Positions 49,431 to 59,200 of a stretch of 64,000 nucleotides of DNA are shown here, piece by piece. Location: the sequence record NC_031039.1. One strand, 5' to 3'. A program made the translations under genes and the position numbers. The notes under the pieces were generated by a model. That model was not told the DNA's origin and did no database searches. It saw only the letters and a program-made list of their open reading frames with translations. The first letter of the stretch is position 1. Every line of letters begins with the position of its first letter.

Positions 49431-49842
49431 TTAATATTTCAAATTCACCAGTCCAATTACCTCTTTCTTTTAAAACAATGGTATCTGGAATATTTAATGC
49501 TTTAATATTGTTAAGAAGTTTATTTAGAGCCTCAATTTGTTTTGAAGATAATTTTTTCAAAATATACTCTTTCTGTAATTGTGCATATTTTTCACCCTTT
49601 AATTCTTCATAAGTATAATAAAATTCTTGTCGAAACTCTATATCATTAGCATCATTTCGGAACCAAATTTGTTTTTTATTTTCATCTATATCAATAATAC
49701 CTCTAACGCCTTCATTATAAATAATATTTACTTTTCTATGATAATCGAGTTCAGCCATTGCTTCAGCATTATTCAATATTTTCCAATATAATTCAATAAA
49801 CATATTCATTTCTTCATCAGAAATTCTTTCTATTTTACGCAT
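49372..49842 (-). CDS. Hypothetical protein
   Basis: GAGGTGG RBS. Confidence 0.6.
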   Translation of the reverse strand: MRKIERISDEEMNMFIELYWKILNNAEAMAELDYHRKVNIIYNEGVRGIIDIDENKKQIWFRNDANDIEFRQEFYYTYEELKGEKYAQLQKEYILKKLSSKQIEALNKLLNNIKALNIPDTIVLKERGNWTGEFEILNDISYGDIWNFINLFKNNE

Positions 49843-50335
49843 TTTTAACCACCTCTTTTTTCATAGTTATATACCAATAATTATATTTATTATCAAACTC
49901 AATATTTGTATACGGATTATTATTAAAATAAGATACAACCATATGAATTAAATCATTTCCATAATCATTAAAACTCTTATTCTTATCAATGATATATTTA
50001 TATACTTTGCGACTTACTTTGTTTTTCTTTCTCCAGAAATCAAATCTAAAGAATTCATCTAAAGATATATCAACATTAGATTCAGATATTGCTAATTCAA
50101 CACCTTGTGATGGATATTTTACTAATACATTTTCAATATATGATATTACTTCATTGACTGCAAGCTTATAATACTTGTGTTTATTTTTATTATATCTTTT
50201 TCTTTCAAAAGCCTGAAACTTCTTATAGAAGAAGTTACAAGGCTTTTCAATGAGAAATAAAAGTATACTATAGTACAACTTTTTATATTTTTTCTTTCTT
50301 TTTTCTTTATTGATTCTTTTTGGTATGTGACTCAA
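49835..50335 (-). CDS. Hypothetical protein
   Basis: GGGGGG RBS; packed between neighbours. Confidence 0.6.
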   Translation of the reverse strand: MSHIPKRINKEKRKKKYKKLYYSILLFLIEKPCNFFYKKFQAFERKRYNKNKHKYYKLAVNEVISYIENVLVKYPSQGVELAISESNVDISLDEFFRFDFWRKKNKVSRKVYKYIIDKNKSFNDYGNDLIHMVVSYFNNNPYTNIEFDNKYNYWYITMKKEVVKNA

Positions 50336-50347
50336 TTAAATTCCCCC

Positions 50348-53083
50348 CTAGTACTTATAAATAATTCCTTTATTTTGCATGAACTCTTCATTATCTGTAT
50401 CTATATTATGACCATTTAATAAAATTAGATCAACTGGACTAGAATCAAATTCATTATTATGGCTGATCACAAATACTTGCTCGATACCTAATTCTTGAAT
50501 TTGAGACTCAAGCAATGATGTATATAGTCTTCTATTTCTTGCAGATAACGTACTATCAACCTCATCTAAATAAAGAATATTATACTTAGTTGATTCCATC
50601 ATTCTTTCTATCATTCCTAGTGATAGAGAGATAATTGTTAATGATGTTTCCCCTTGAGAAGCTTCTTTAATATCTTCTAGAGAAGTACCATCAGATTTAA
50701 AAACATTGATAAAGAAATCAGATGCACTTATATCAAATTTAATCTTAAATTGATCACCATATGCAATATCTAATAAGTTATTAGCTCTCATTGCTATATC
50801 TTTAAGATAGTTATCGATAAAGAATAATGGAATTCCTTTCTTTGGATCAAGTGCTTCTTTAATAATTTTATAATTATTATAATTTTCCTCAATTTCTTTT
50901 AATCTTTCAGTGCAATCATCAATAATGATTAAGTCTCTTTGAACTTCTTTTAATTTAATTTCTAACGGTTCAAGTTCAGATCTTTTGCTTCTTAATAGAA
51001 GAAGATTATCATTAATGATTTTCTCATTTGCTTTAATAGAATTATAGATGTTTAGTTTCTTTTGGTAATCTGCTTCTTTTTTATTTAATTCATTAGTATT
51101 ATTCTCAATAATACTTTTTTGATTTTTAATAGTTTCTAAAATTGCTAATTTTGTTTTATTATTTTTAATTTTCTTGTCTGTTGATTTTTTACTAGAAATT
51201 AGAGTATCAATTTCACTCTTACACTGAAGATACTTTTCCTTAATTTCCAATAATTCCTTTTTAGCCTGTTCAACAATTTCATTTTGCTTTTGTGCTGTTT
51301 TAAGATGAGATAATAAATTTTCTTTTTTATCTTTTTCAATTATAATATCCACTTTTACACTAGCTATTTCAATAATATCCTTAATTGAAAACTTTTCTTG
51401 GATGTCGCTAATGCTACTTTTTAGAATATCAATTACATTTTCCTCTGTTATAGCATTATCATAAATTAATGAAATTACTTCTTTATTAGAATTAATTTTC
51501 TTATTCAATCTCATAATATCTTGAGCATAGTTCCATCTATTTCTTAATTCTTCAAGATTTTTCTGATCTTCAATAATACTATTTTCAATATCTATTAATT
51601 CGCTAAGTAAGGGTTCTAACCTAGAATAATCATTATTTCTATAATCTAAAGCTTTAACAATAAAAGGACATGTATCAATTATACAATTACTTGGTCTTTT
51701 CTCAAGTGTTTCAAGTAAATAAGAATTTGACTCAATCTTATTAGTCTCTTTTTCAATAGTATTTTTTCTATTTAGATCAACTTGTAATTTTTCATCAAGT
51801 CTCTTAATCTCATTAGGTATAGTAATTATTTCAGAAACATTAAATGATTCAATGATATGGCTAGTATGATCAGACTTAATTGATTCAATTGTTTCAACAA
51901 TTCCATCTAAGATATATTGATATTGTGTTGCCATTTGAACCGTTATATCTAGATCTGAATAAGGACTATTTAAAATTTTCTTTTCATACTGTTCAATTAA
52001 TGAATCTTTATTCTTTATTTGTTCCTCTATATAGTCAGTATCAGCTTTATTTTCAATAATACTATTTTTAGAAGTGATTTCGTTTCCTAGACGAACAATA
52101 TCTTTTTCAAGATTATCAATCTGACTATTGATTAAATTTAATTCTCCATTTAGCTCAACTTCTAACTTATTACATTCCATAATTGAATTATTAATTCTAT
52201 CAATCTCATAATTTTTAAGGTTTGGATATTTGTCATAATAAGTATCCAAAATCTTTTCACCTTTTATAATTTCTACTTGCATCTGTTTAATAGTATTGCT
52301 TAGATGGTTAATATAATGATCATAATCATCAAAGCCCTCAGTATCTAGACTTACTTTTAATTCGTCTATCTTTCCCTCAGTTCGGTTAATATTCTTATCA
52401 ATATTCTCAATCTCTTTATTTAATTCATTAATTCTTTTGGTCAATGTTTCATTTAATTTTTCCAAGTTATCCTTGGAATCTAATTTTTCTAATTGACTTC
52501 TAATGCTTTTAATAGTACTTGTAACATTCTTAAATTTTTCATTGACTATCTCAAATGCTTCTAAATAATCATCAATATCTGGAAGAAAATTGTTTATATA
52601 TTTCTTCCTATCAGCAGTTTTTAAATCTACAAATGTAGTTACATTACTCCCAAGTCTTGCTACTCTAAAATAATCCCTTGTTAGATTAAATTCTTCTTGA
52701 AGAATTTTTTCAAATGTTCTAATACCGCCATTTTCATTCAGTTCTTCACCATTCTTTGAAATAAATGATTTATTACCACTACTATTAAATTTACCATCTA
52801 CCACTTTTGCATAGTAATGTCTAATAATGTAGCTATTTTTTTCACTAGAGAGATGAATTTCTTTTTCACCTTTCTTGCCATCAAGAATGATAGATTTTCT
52901 CTCATCATTAGTATCTCTATAAGGAGTTAATAAACTTAAAATAGTCGTTTTACCAGAACCATTATCACCGATTAAAGCAATAATTTTATTAGTAGATTTT
53001 GAGAAATCAAGCTCTAGTTCTGTTTTACCTAATCCAGCATAAATTCCAGCAAAGTTAACAAATCTTGCATAAGTGATTTTCAT
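50348..53083 (-). CDS. sbcC: SbcC/Rad50-like SMC ATPase (T4 gp46-like)
   Basis: GDNGSGKTT, long coiled coils, central C...CPF hook, ASQGE signature, LYLDEVD and ISH. Confidence 0.88.
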   Translation of the reverse strand: MKITYARFVNFAGIYAGLGKTELELDFSKSTNKIIALIGDNGSGKTTILSLLTPYRDTNDERKSIILDGKKGEKEIHLSSEKNSYIIRHYYAKVVDGKFNSSGNKSFISKNGEELNENGGIRTFEKILQEEFNLTRDYFRVARLGSNVTTFVDLKTADRKKYINNFLPDIDDYLEAFEIVNEKFKNVTSTIKSIRSQLEKLDSKDNLEKLNETLTKRINELNKEIENIDKNINRTEGKIDELKVSLDTEGFDDYDHYINHLSNTIKQMQVEIIKGEKILDTYYDKYPNLKNYEIDRINNSIMECNKLEVELNGELNLINSQIDNLEKDIVRLGNEITSKNSIIENKADTDYIEEQIKNKDSLIEQYEKKILNSPYSDLDITVQMATQYQYILDGIVETIESIKSDHTSHIIESFNVSEIITIPNEIKRLDEKLQVDLNRKNTIEKETNKIESNSYLLETLEKRPSNCIIDTCPFIVKALDYRNNDYSRLEPLLSELIDIENSIIEDQKNLEELRNRWNYAQDIMRLNKKINSNKEVISLIYDNAITEENVIDILKSSISDIQEKFSIKDIIEIASVKVDIIIEKDKKENLLSHLKTAQKQNEIVEQAKKELLEIKEKYLQCKSEIDTLISSKKSTDKKIKNNKTKLAILETIKNQKSIIENNTNELNKKEADYQKKLNIYNSIKANEKIINDNLLLLRSKRSELEPLEIKLKEVQRDLIIIDDCTERLKEIEENYNNYKIIKEALDPKKGIPLFFIDNYLKDIAMRANNLLDIAYGDQFKIKFDISASDFFINVFKSDGTSLEDIKEASQGETSLTIISLSLGMIERMMESTKYNILYLDEVDSTLSARNRRLYTSLLESQIQELGIEQVFVISHNNEFDSSPVDLILLNGHNIDTDNEEFMQNKGIIYKY

Positions 53084-53106
53084 TCTCTCAACTCTCCCAT
53101 ATGTCT

Positions 53107-53538
53107 CTATTTAAGCTCTTCTCTAACTTTCATGAGAATCTTACCTAATTTATTTTGTCCTTTCCCATTGCATACTCCCCAAGTTGTATCATTCCATGTA
53201 TTTCCTTCAATTAATTCAAGATTTCCTGTAGCAATTAATTTTCTTTTGAGTCCTTCATTTTGTGAGAATTTAGCATAAACAATTCTATACATAATATCCT
53301 CTTTAATATTCTCCCAATCTGGTCTTAGACGAACACTACGACCTTTTCTTTTGGCTAGATTTGGAGGAAGAATTGTAAATTGTTTACGAATAAAGCTTGA
53401 AGTAACCTTCATAGCTTGAAAGGCGGCTTCGTTATTATTAAACTCTAAGTCAGCAAATTTTACTTTTGCAGGATAAAAATTACTTAAAAAATAATATTTA
53501 CCTGAAAAACTATCAATCTTATTCATCAACATCCCCAC
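53107..53538 (-). CDS. NADAR (YbiA-like) family protein
   Basis: FLSNFY, EAAFQAMK, KFSQN..L..KLIATG...LIEGNTWNDTTWGV..GKGQNKLGKILMKVR. Confidence 0.9.
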   Translation of the reverse strand: MGMLMNKIDSFSGKYYFLSNFYPAKVKFADLEFNNNEAAFQAMKVTSSFIRKQFTILPPNLAKRKGRSVRLRPDWENIKEDIMYRIVYAKFSQNEGLKRKLIATGNLELIEGNTWNDTTWGVCNGKGQNKLGKILMKVREELK

Positions 53539-53604
53539 CTTAGTTTAATATTCTTCATTTTCATGTTTTTAAATAATTTTTTTAGTTACAAGAATATAAA
53601 TTAT

Positions 53605-53748
53605 TTAGTATATATCTGCTTGATTATATTCTTCAAAATTATCACATTCTTCACATTGTATTACAAGTAATGAACCAAATTCATCATCGTCTACTATAAA
53701 ACTAATATTGTTTGATCCACATTCATCGCATCTAATAGTAAAACTCAT
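53605..53748 (-). CDS. Small zinc-finger protein (47 aa)
   Basis: MSFTIRCDECGSNN...CEECDN; GGAGTG RBS. Confidence 0.6.
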   Translation of the reverse strand: MSFTIRCDECGSNNISFIVDDDEFGSLLVIQCEECDNFEEYNQADIY

Positions 53749-53932
53749 TTAAATCACTCCATTTTTTCTTTTATTTTATTAACTTATTTATAATATATTC
53801 TTTAATCTTTTTTTATTTTTAGAGAATTAATTACAATAAAACATAATTATAATAAAATAAACCCCTCAATAAAAGCAGAACAATATTATTTAATTAAACC
53901 AAGGATATCATTATTTGATATCCTTGGTTATT

Positions 53933-54619
53933 TTATTCTTCATCTTCAGTAAATTCTACTACATCATAAATTTTTCCATTTTCATCTTTTGCAATGTATT
54001 CCCCATTTTCTTCTGTAATCTCTATTTGCAGATCTGGTATTTCAGCATCTTCTATAATATTATAGTCGCCATCCAGACAATAGATATTTTTCTCCATATC
54101 TACTACATATTGATAGTCATTTATTTTTTCCTCTATTACTGTCTCTTCCTTTTCAGAATTGCTTTCATTTTGTTCTTCTTTCAATCTTGCTTCTAATAAT
54201 GCATCTACTTCTTCATCATTTTTCTGTGATCCAGAAATATCTTCAGATTCTTGTTTATTTATAATTTCACTAAATTTTTTATCTTTTTTATTATTAAGAA
54301 TATAATCATGAACACCAGCAACAATTTCTCTAATATCAGAGTTATCGCCACCCTCTTGATTTCTTTGATTTTTAAGTGCAATATCAGCTTCAGTTTTCTT
54401 AGCATTTACGATTTGCTGAATAATAGATATCTTACCAGTTTTAAGTGAAATTAAATTAGAGGTTTGTTTTTCTATAAATGTAAGAGTTCCATTACTGCCA
54501 CTATTTTTAACTTTATCATAATGCTCTTTTGTTTCATCATATAATTCATCGATTTTTTCTAATTCATTCTGGAGAATACTTAATTCTTTAGAAATATCGA
54601 TATTAATATTATCAGCCAT
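53933..54619 (-). CDS. Late hypothetical protein
   Basis: Late promoter at 54648-54659; hairpin terminator downstream. Confidence 0.65.
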   Translation of the reverse strand: MADNINIDISKELSILQNELEKIDELYDETKEHYDKVKNSGSNGTLTFIEKQTSNLISLKTGKISIIQQIVNAKKTEADIALKNQRNQEGGDNSDIREIVAGVHDYILNNKKDKKFSEIINKQESEDISGSQKNDEEVDALLEARLKEEQNESNSEKEETVIEEKINDYQYVVDMEKNIYCLDGDYNIIEDAEIPDLQIEITEENGEYIAKDENGKIYDVVEFTEDEE

Positions 54620-54659
54620 TTTCTATCACTCCTATAATATTTAATACTAATATAATGTT

Positions 54660-55152
54660 CCGTATCAAAAAGATTTTCAAGTATGTATTATTACTGTGAC
54701 GATATCGAAGTAATAGAATTTCGTCATAATTCCTACGGTATCATTGTAGGGTAATTTTCTTAGATATTGTTCATTTACACGGACTCAAACATGTGCCCGT
54801 AGCTGTAACAATAAGAAACACAAAAACTAGTAATAAATAAGGTAATAAAAGAATGGTTGGAAAGACAAAAATATTCATCAGGCTACATACCACGAAAAGT
54901 GTATTGAACGAATGACAATACCCACCTAGTGATTATAGCAAGATCTTTCACCATTCTCCGTATCCTTATAAAGAGAAAAAGGATTTTTTAAAATGGAGAG
55001 GAGAATACGCTATGACAAACACAGTTGAGAAAAATGATTGTCTGGGAAAATTCCCTATTGATGCAGTAAGAATTAGAAGTTCTATTATTTAAACATATAC
55101 GACGACTACTTTTACTATGGGTGGGGGCAACCCCACCCATAGGGCTTTTTTT
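54660..55152 (+). ncRNA. Candidate structured non-coding RNA or long structured leader
   Basis: No ORF over 26 aa, several nested and long-range stems, and a strong terminator at the end. Confidence 0.45.
55115..55152 (+). terminator. Rho-independent terminator
   Basis: 12-bp stem CTATGGGTGGGG-GCAA-CCCCACCCATAG followed by a T7 run. Confidence 0.85.
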
Positions 55153-55201
55153 GGTCAATGTATAAAGATTTCGTCAAAATACTTAATGGGGAGGTTTTTG
55201 A

Positions 55202-55975
55202 TTGAATTGGTTTAAAAGAATGTTTATGGCAAAGGAGAAGGATAAGGAAATTGATTCACTAAGAAGGATGGTTGAACAGAGTAATGAAACTATTAAACTC
55301 ATGGATGGTGTCATAAAAAGATTAGAGGATAATATGACTAAATCCAGACAAGAATCAGCAGCAACTCTTCAGGAAGAAAAAGAATATCAAGATCAAATGA
55401 AATTGGAATCAGAAAGGATGCGGGAATATGAATATATTCAAAATGCTCAAAAAGTTGTTTCTACTTATTTAACTAAATATCTAGATCGTTTTAATCTAAT
55501 TGAAAATCGTTTTTCACTTGCTCATAATATAGATCTTCTTTCTAATTCTGATGACTTAATGTTTAAAATTGTACAAATGATTAAATTGTCTAAGACCAGT
55601 GTTGAATTTGCTACTGTTTGGAACAATCATGTTATAAGAATTAGTATTGATAATGATGAAGATGATGTATATTATAGTATTAATGGTGGAAAAAATCTAA
55701 GTTCCGACATTGTAGGAACCAAATTTCTTACTAAATTTAAGAAGGATATCCAATTAGATATATTGAATTTTCCATGTGTTCAGACAAATAAGATTTATGA
55801 AGTAACTGGTAAGAAGTACAAGTATGTCTTAGCTAACTCAAGAAGAGAATGTTATTATATACTTAAAGATAAAGAGATGAAAACAAAAATAAAAGAAGTT
55901 AGTTTTGTTGAACCAAGTGCATATACACGTTCTATTAGATCTAGACTAGTATATGTAGTACCTCATCAAACTTAA
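55202..55975 (+). CDS. Hypothetical protein
   Basis: GGGGAGG RBS, TTG start, N-terminal coiled coil. Confidence 0.65.
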   Translation: MNWFKRMFMAKEKDKEIDSLRRMVEQSNETIKLMDGVIKRLEDNMTKSRQESAATLQEEKEYQDQMKLESERMREYEYIQNAQKVVSTYLTKYLDRFNLIENRFSLAHNIDLLSNSDDLMFKIVQMIKLSKTSVEFATVWNNHVIRISIDNDEDDVYYSINGGKNLSSDIVGTKFLTKFKKDIQLDILNFPCVQTNKIYEVTGKKYKYVLANSRRECYYILKDKEMKTKIKEVSFVEPSAYTRSIRSRLVYVVPHQT

Positions 55976-56019
55976 TGCTATAAGAGTAAAGTCTATAAAA
56001 GACTTTACTCTTTTTTTTG

Positions 56020-56199
56020 TTAATAACGTTTGATATCTAATAATAAGTATTGATTATTTTTATAAAGAAAATTTGAATACTGTTTTACTTTAAAACCAAA
56101 TCTTTGTAATAGCCAGCAAGGGAAAGAAATAATAAACATTAACAAAATTAGTATAATTAACAATAGTCCTTCCAATAAATTTATCTTAAAACCCCACAT
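56020..56199 (-). CDS. Small single-TM protein (59 aa)
   Basis: GGAGG RBS; MWGFKINLLEGLLLIILILLMFIISFPCW...; follows the RNAP stop codon. Confidence 0.55.
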   Translation of the reverse strand: MWGFKINLLEGLLLIILILLMFIISFPCWLLQRFGFKVKQYSNFLYKNNQYLLLDIKRY

Positions 56200-56210
56200 A
56201 GAAATCCTCC

Positions 56211-59200
56211 TTATTCTCTAGTTAGAGAATAAATTGCTTGTATTGCTTCATTCCCAATTTGACGAGAGTTTCGTCCCATTTGGTCTAACATATTCTTCTT
56301 TTCCCATATTAGTCGTTCTGCTTCTTCATTAGCTTCTTTACTAAATACTCCACGTAAAGATACTGTATCACCCAAAATCTTCCATTAGATTCGCTACGTC
56401 TAATGCGTTCTCTTATGAACTGCTCTATGTTTCCATAGAGATGAGACTATATCTTCACAATATAATTGTGCCCTCCGTTTCCATTTAAAGAGGAATTATA
56501 ACCTTATTACGGAATACCTCTACCGCTTGGCTGTACTCTACTCCCTTCCTTCTAACTAGCGTTATCACAACGATCTGTTAGAGTGGTTTCGATAGTCGTT
56601 GAACCTTCATCTTTAAATGAATTAAAGATGCTTGGATGCTGATTGTCCATATAGGATTTTCCAGCAGTTAAAAGGGTTTTACTACGACAGTAGATTATTA
56701 TCTTTTATAGGTAAATACTAAATTACCACAATCCCATATTCTTTTAAATCTAGTTTTATCCATGATTTCAAATTCAGTACTATCATCACTATATAATTTT
56801 GGAAATTTCTTTTTGAGATTAGACTTTCTATAATTAAATCTATGGAATCGTTGAGTTTTTTCAACGTTAACATACCAATAGTTGGGTTTACTAATATGAC
56901 TTAATTCAAATTTATTATTGATATAAACATTGCCATCTGACCAGCGTTTATCTGCATAGGTTATTAATTCTTTCCACTCATAATTTCTCTCGAAGTATTT
57001 GAGAAGTTTACTAAAAGCACCTATTACTCTATAGTCCATATCGGTAGCGAATCTTGATAGTTCAAAAATATTATCAGCACTATTTCTACCTAGGCTTTTT
57101 CTAAGTTTACTAAAAGTCATTACCGCTACAAGTTCATCGCCATCTTCTTTTGGAAGCCATAAGCCTAATTTAATTGATGACAAATCTTTTCCCTGAATGT
57201 GATTTCTTTCTAGGAATTCATTTTTAAAATTGTTATCAATTACTTCTACATAACAATTTCTAGCGTATATTTTAGTAGAATTATTTAATTTTAGTAGGTG
57301 TTTTATTTTTTCTTTTACTATGAGAGGTTTGTTAACCCATTCGTCTTCAAAAATTTGAATTAGTCTAATCCCTTTACTATTACATTTTTCTAATTTTTCT
57401 AAATGATAGTTTCTTTTCTTCCCCATTTGCTCTGAATGCCAATATAAACCATTAAATTCAAAAGCAATTTTTTTGGAAGGAATAAATATATCAATCTCTT
57501 TACCTTCAAGTAATTTCCTGTCATTACATATGACTTTATCTACAACTAATCCTTTAATAAAAGAAGATAGTTCTTTTTCCATTTTTGATGAACTTTTAAA
57601 TGCACAATATGGACATCTATTTCCATTATCAAAGTTTTTAATTGTAACTTCATACTCCTTATTACAACTATGATGTAACAATCTAATCTTCGTTTTATTA
57701 TTACGATATTCACCTAATAATGAATACTCATTATTTGTAACTAAGCTAATTTTTCTTTTAACCTCATCAGTAGTTAGTCTTCTTTTACCAGAACATTGAG
57801 GACATCTATTTTTCAAAGCATAATAAGGAGTAGTCTTCCATTCATAATTACAGTCATTACATCTGAAAAGTATTTTGGTATCGATATTGATATATTTCTC
57901 AAGACTTATAAGTCTTCCATTAGTCTTTTCTTTTAATTCCTTCTTAAACTCATCATTGCTTTTTAATCTTGATTTACCTTTATTAATATCAGCGCACTGA
58001 GGACATCTTCTACCATTATGAAATACATCAGGTCTAACCTCATATATATTTCCACATAATTCATGCCTTAATTTGATTTTAGTCTTATTGTTAATATATT
58101 CATTGGATAAAACTGTATAGGTATTGTTAGTTAGTAATTTAACTTCTTCTTTGAATTCATCCAGTGTCTTTTTACGTGGCATACACTAATACCTCCAAAT
58201 AATTAATAATTATTTGTTTATTTGACACTGTATTCCCTTAAAAAGAAATAATATTAATTTTATCGTAGTCTCCGCCTAAAGCCTTTAAATAACCATTATA
58301 AGGAATTACTGTATCAACAAAAAGTTCATCCTCTGCGGGATAGTCAGGGTATATAACAGGATAATCAGGTAAGTATCTATCTTCCAGCTTTTGAGGTCGT
58401 GTTTCCTTTGTTGAAAGAATTCTTATTTTACTTGGATAAATATTCTATAGTGATAGGTAAAGATTTGATTTTATCTCCTCTTTTTCCCCCACTTCACACC
58501 CTACGTGCGACTTTCATCGCATAAGGCGTTCCATCAATTTAATAAAAATTTTTTAATAAGAATTGGTATACTATCGATTGGTGTATCATATTTAATTCTA
58601 AGAATTGGTAAATTATATTTCTTACAAAAATCATTTTTAATATTATCATGTTTTTGTATTAATTCTAATTTTTTAATACGGTCATTTTCATCGTTACCAA
58701 AGATAGGAAGAAAATGTTGTCTACCATCATATTCTATTATAGCATTAAATTCCTCTACAAAAAAATCAAAAGGTAAGGGTTTTCTATCTTTACATTCTTT
58801 AAAAGTTTTTTGATAGGTATATTCTGTTCCCATATTATTTAAAATATTTTTTATTAATAATTCCCCACTACTCATTTTACAGTTTTTACATGAAAATTTA
58901 TTAGATGTAATATTTTTTAATGAAAATTTATTAATAGTATTACACTCTAAATGTATTATTTCTAATGGAGTTACATTATTTATATACTCACCAATCACTT
59001 TATACTCATTAGGATTTATTTTGTCTAACTGTTCTTGAACATATTCTTTATTTTTCTTAATAAGTCCTGAACAGTTAGGACAACGTCTCCCTAGAGATGT
59101 AAAATTTCCTGCTTTGACTTCATAAATGAATTTACATTTATTATGACGCATTGTTACCTTAGAATGATAATTTTTATAATTAGACAAAACAGTATATTCA

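Noticed and set aside
54660-55152. tmRNA, tRNA or intron identity for the structured island
   Set aside because: There is no tRNA-like acceptor/T arm, no tag ending in ..AA, and no group I core or group II domain V motif.
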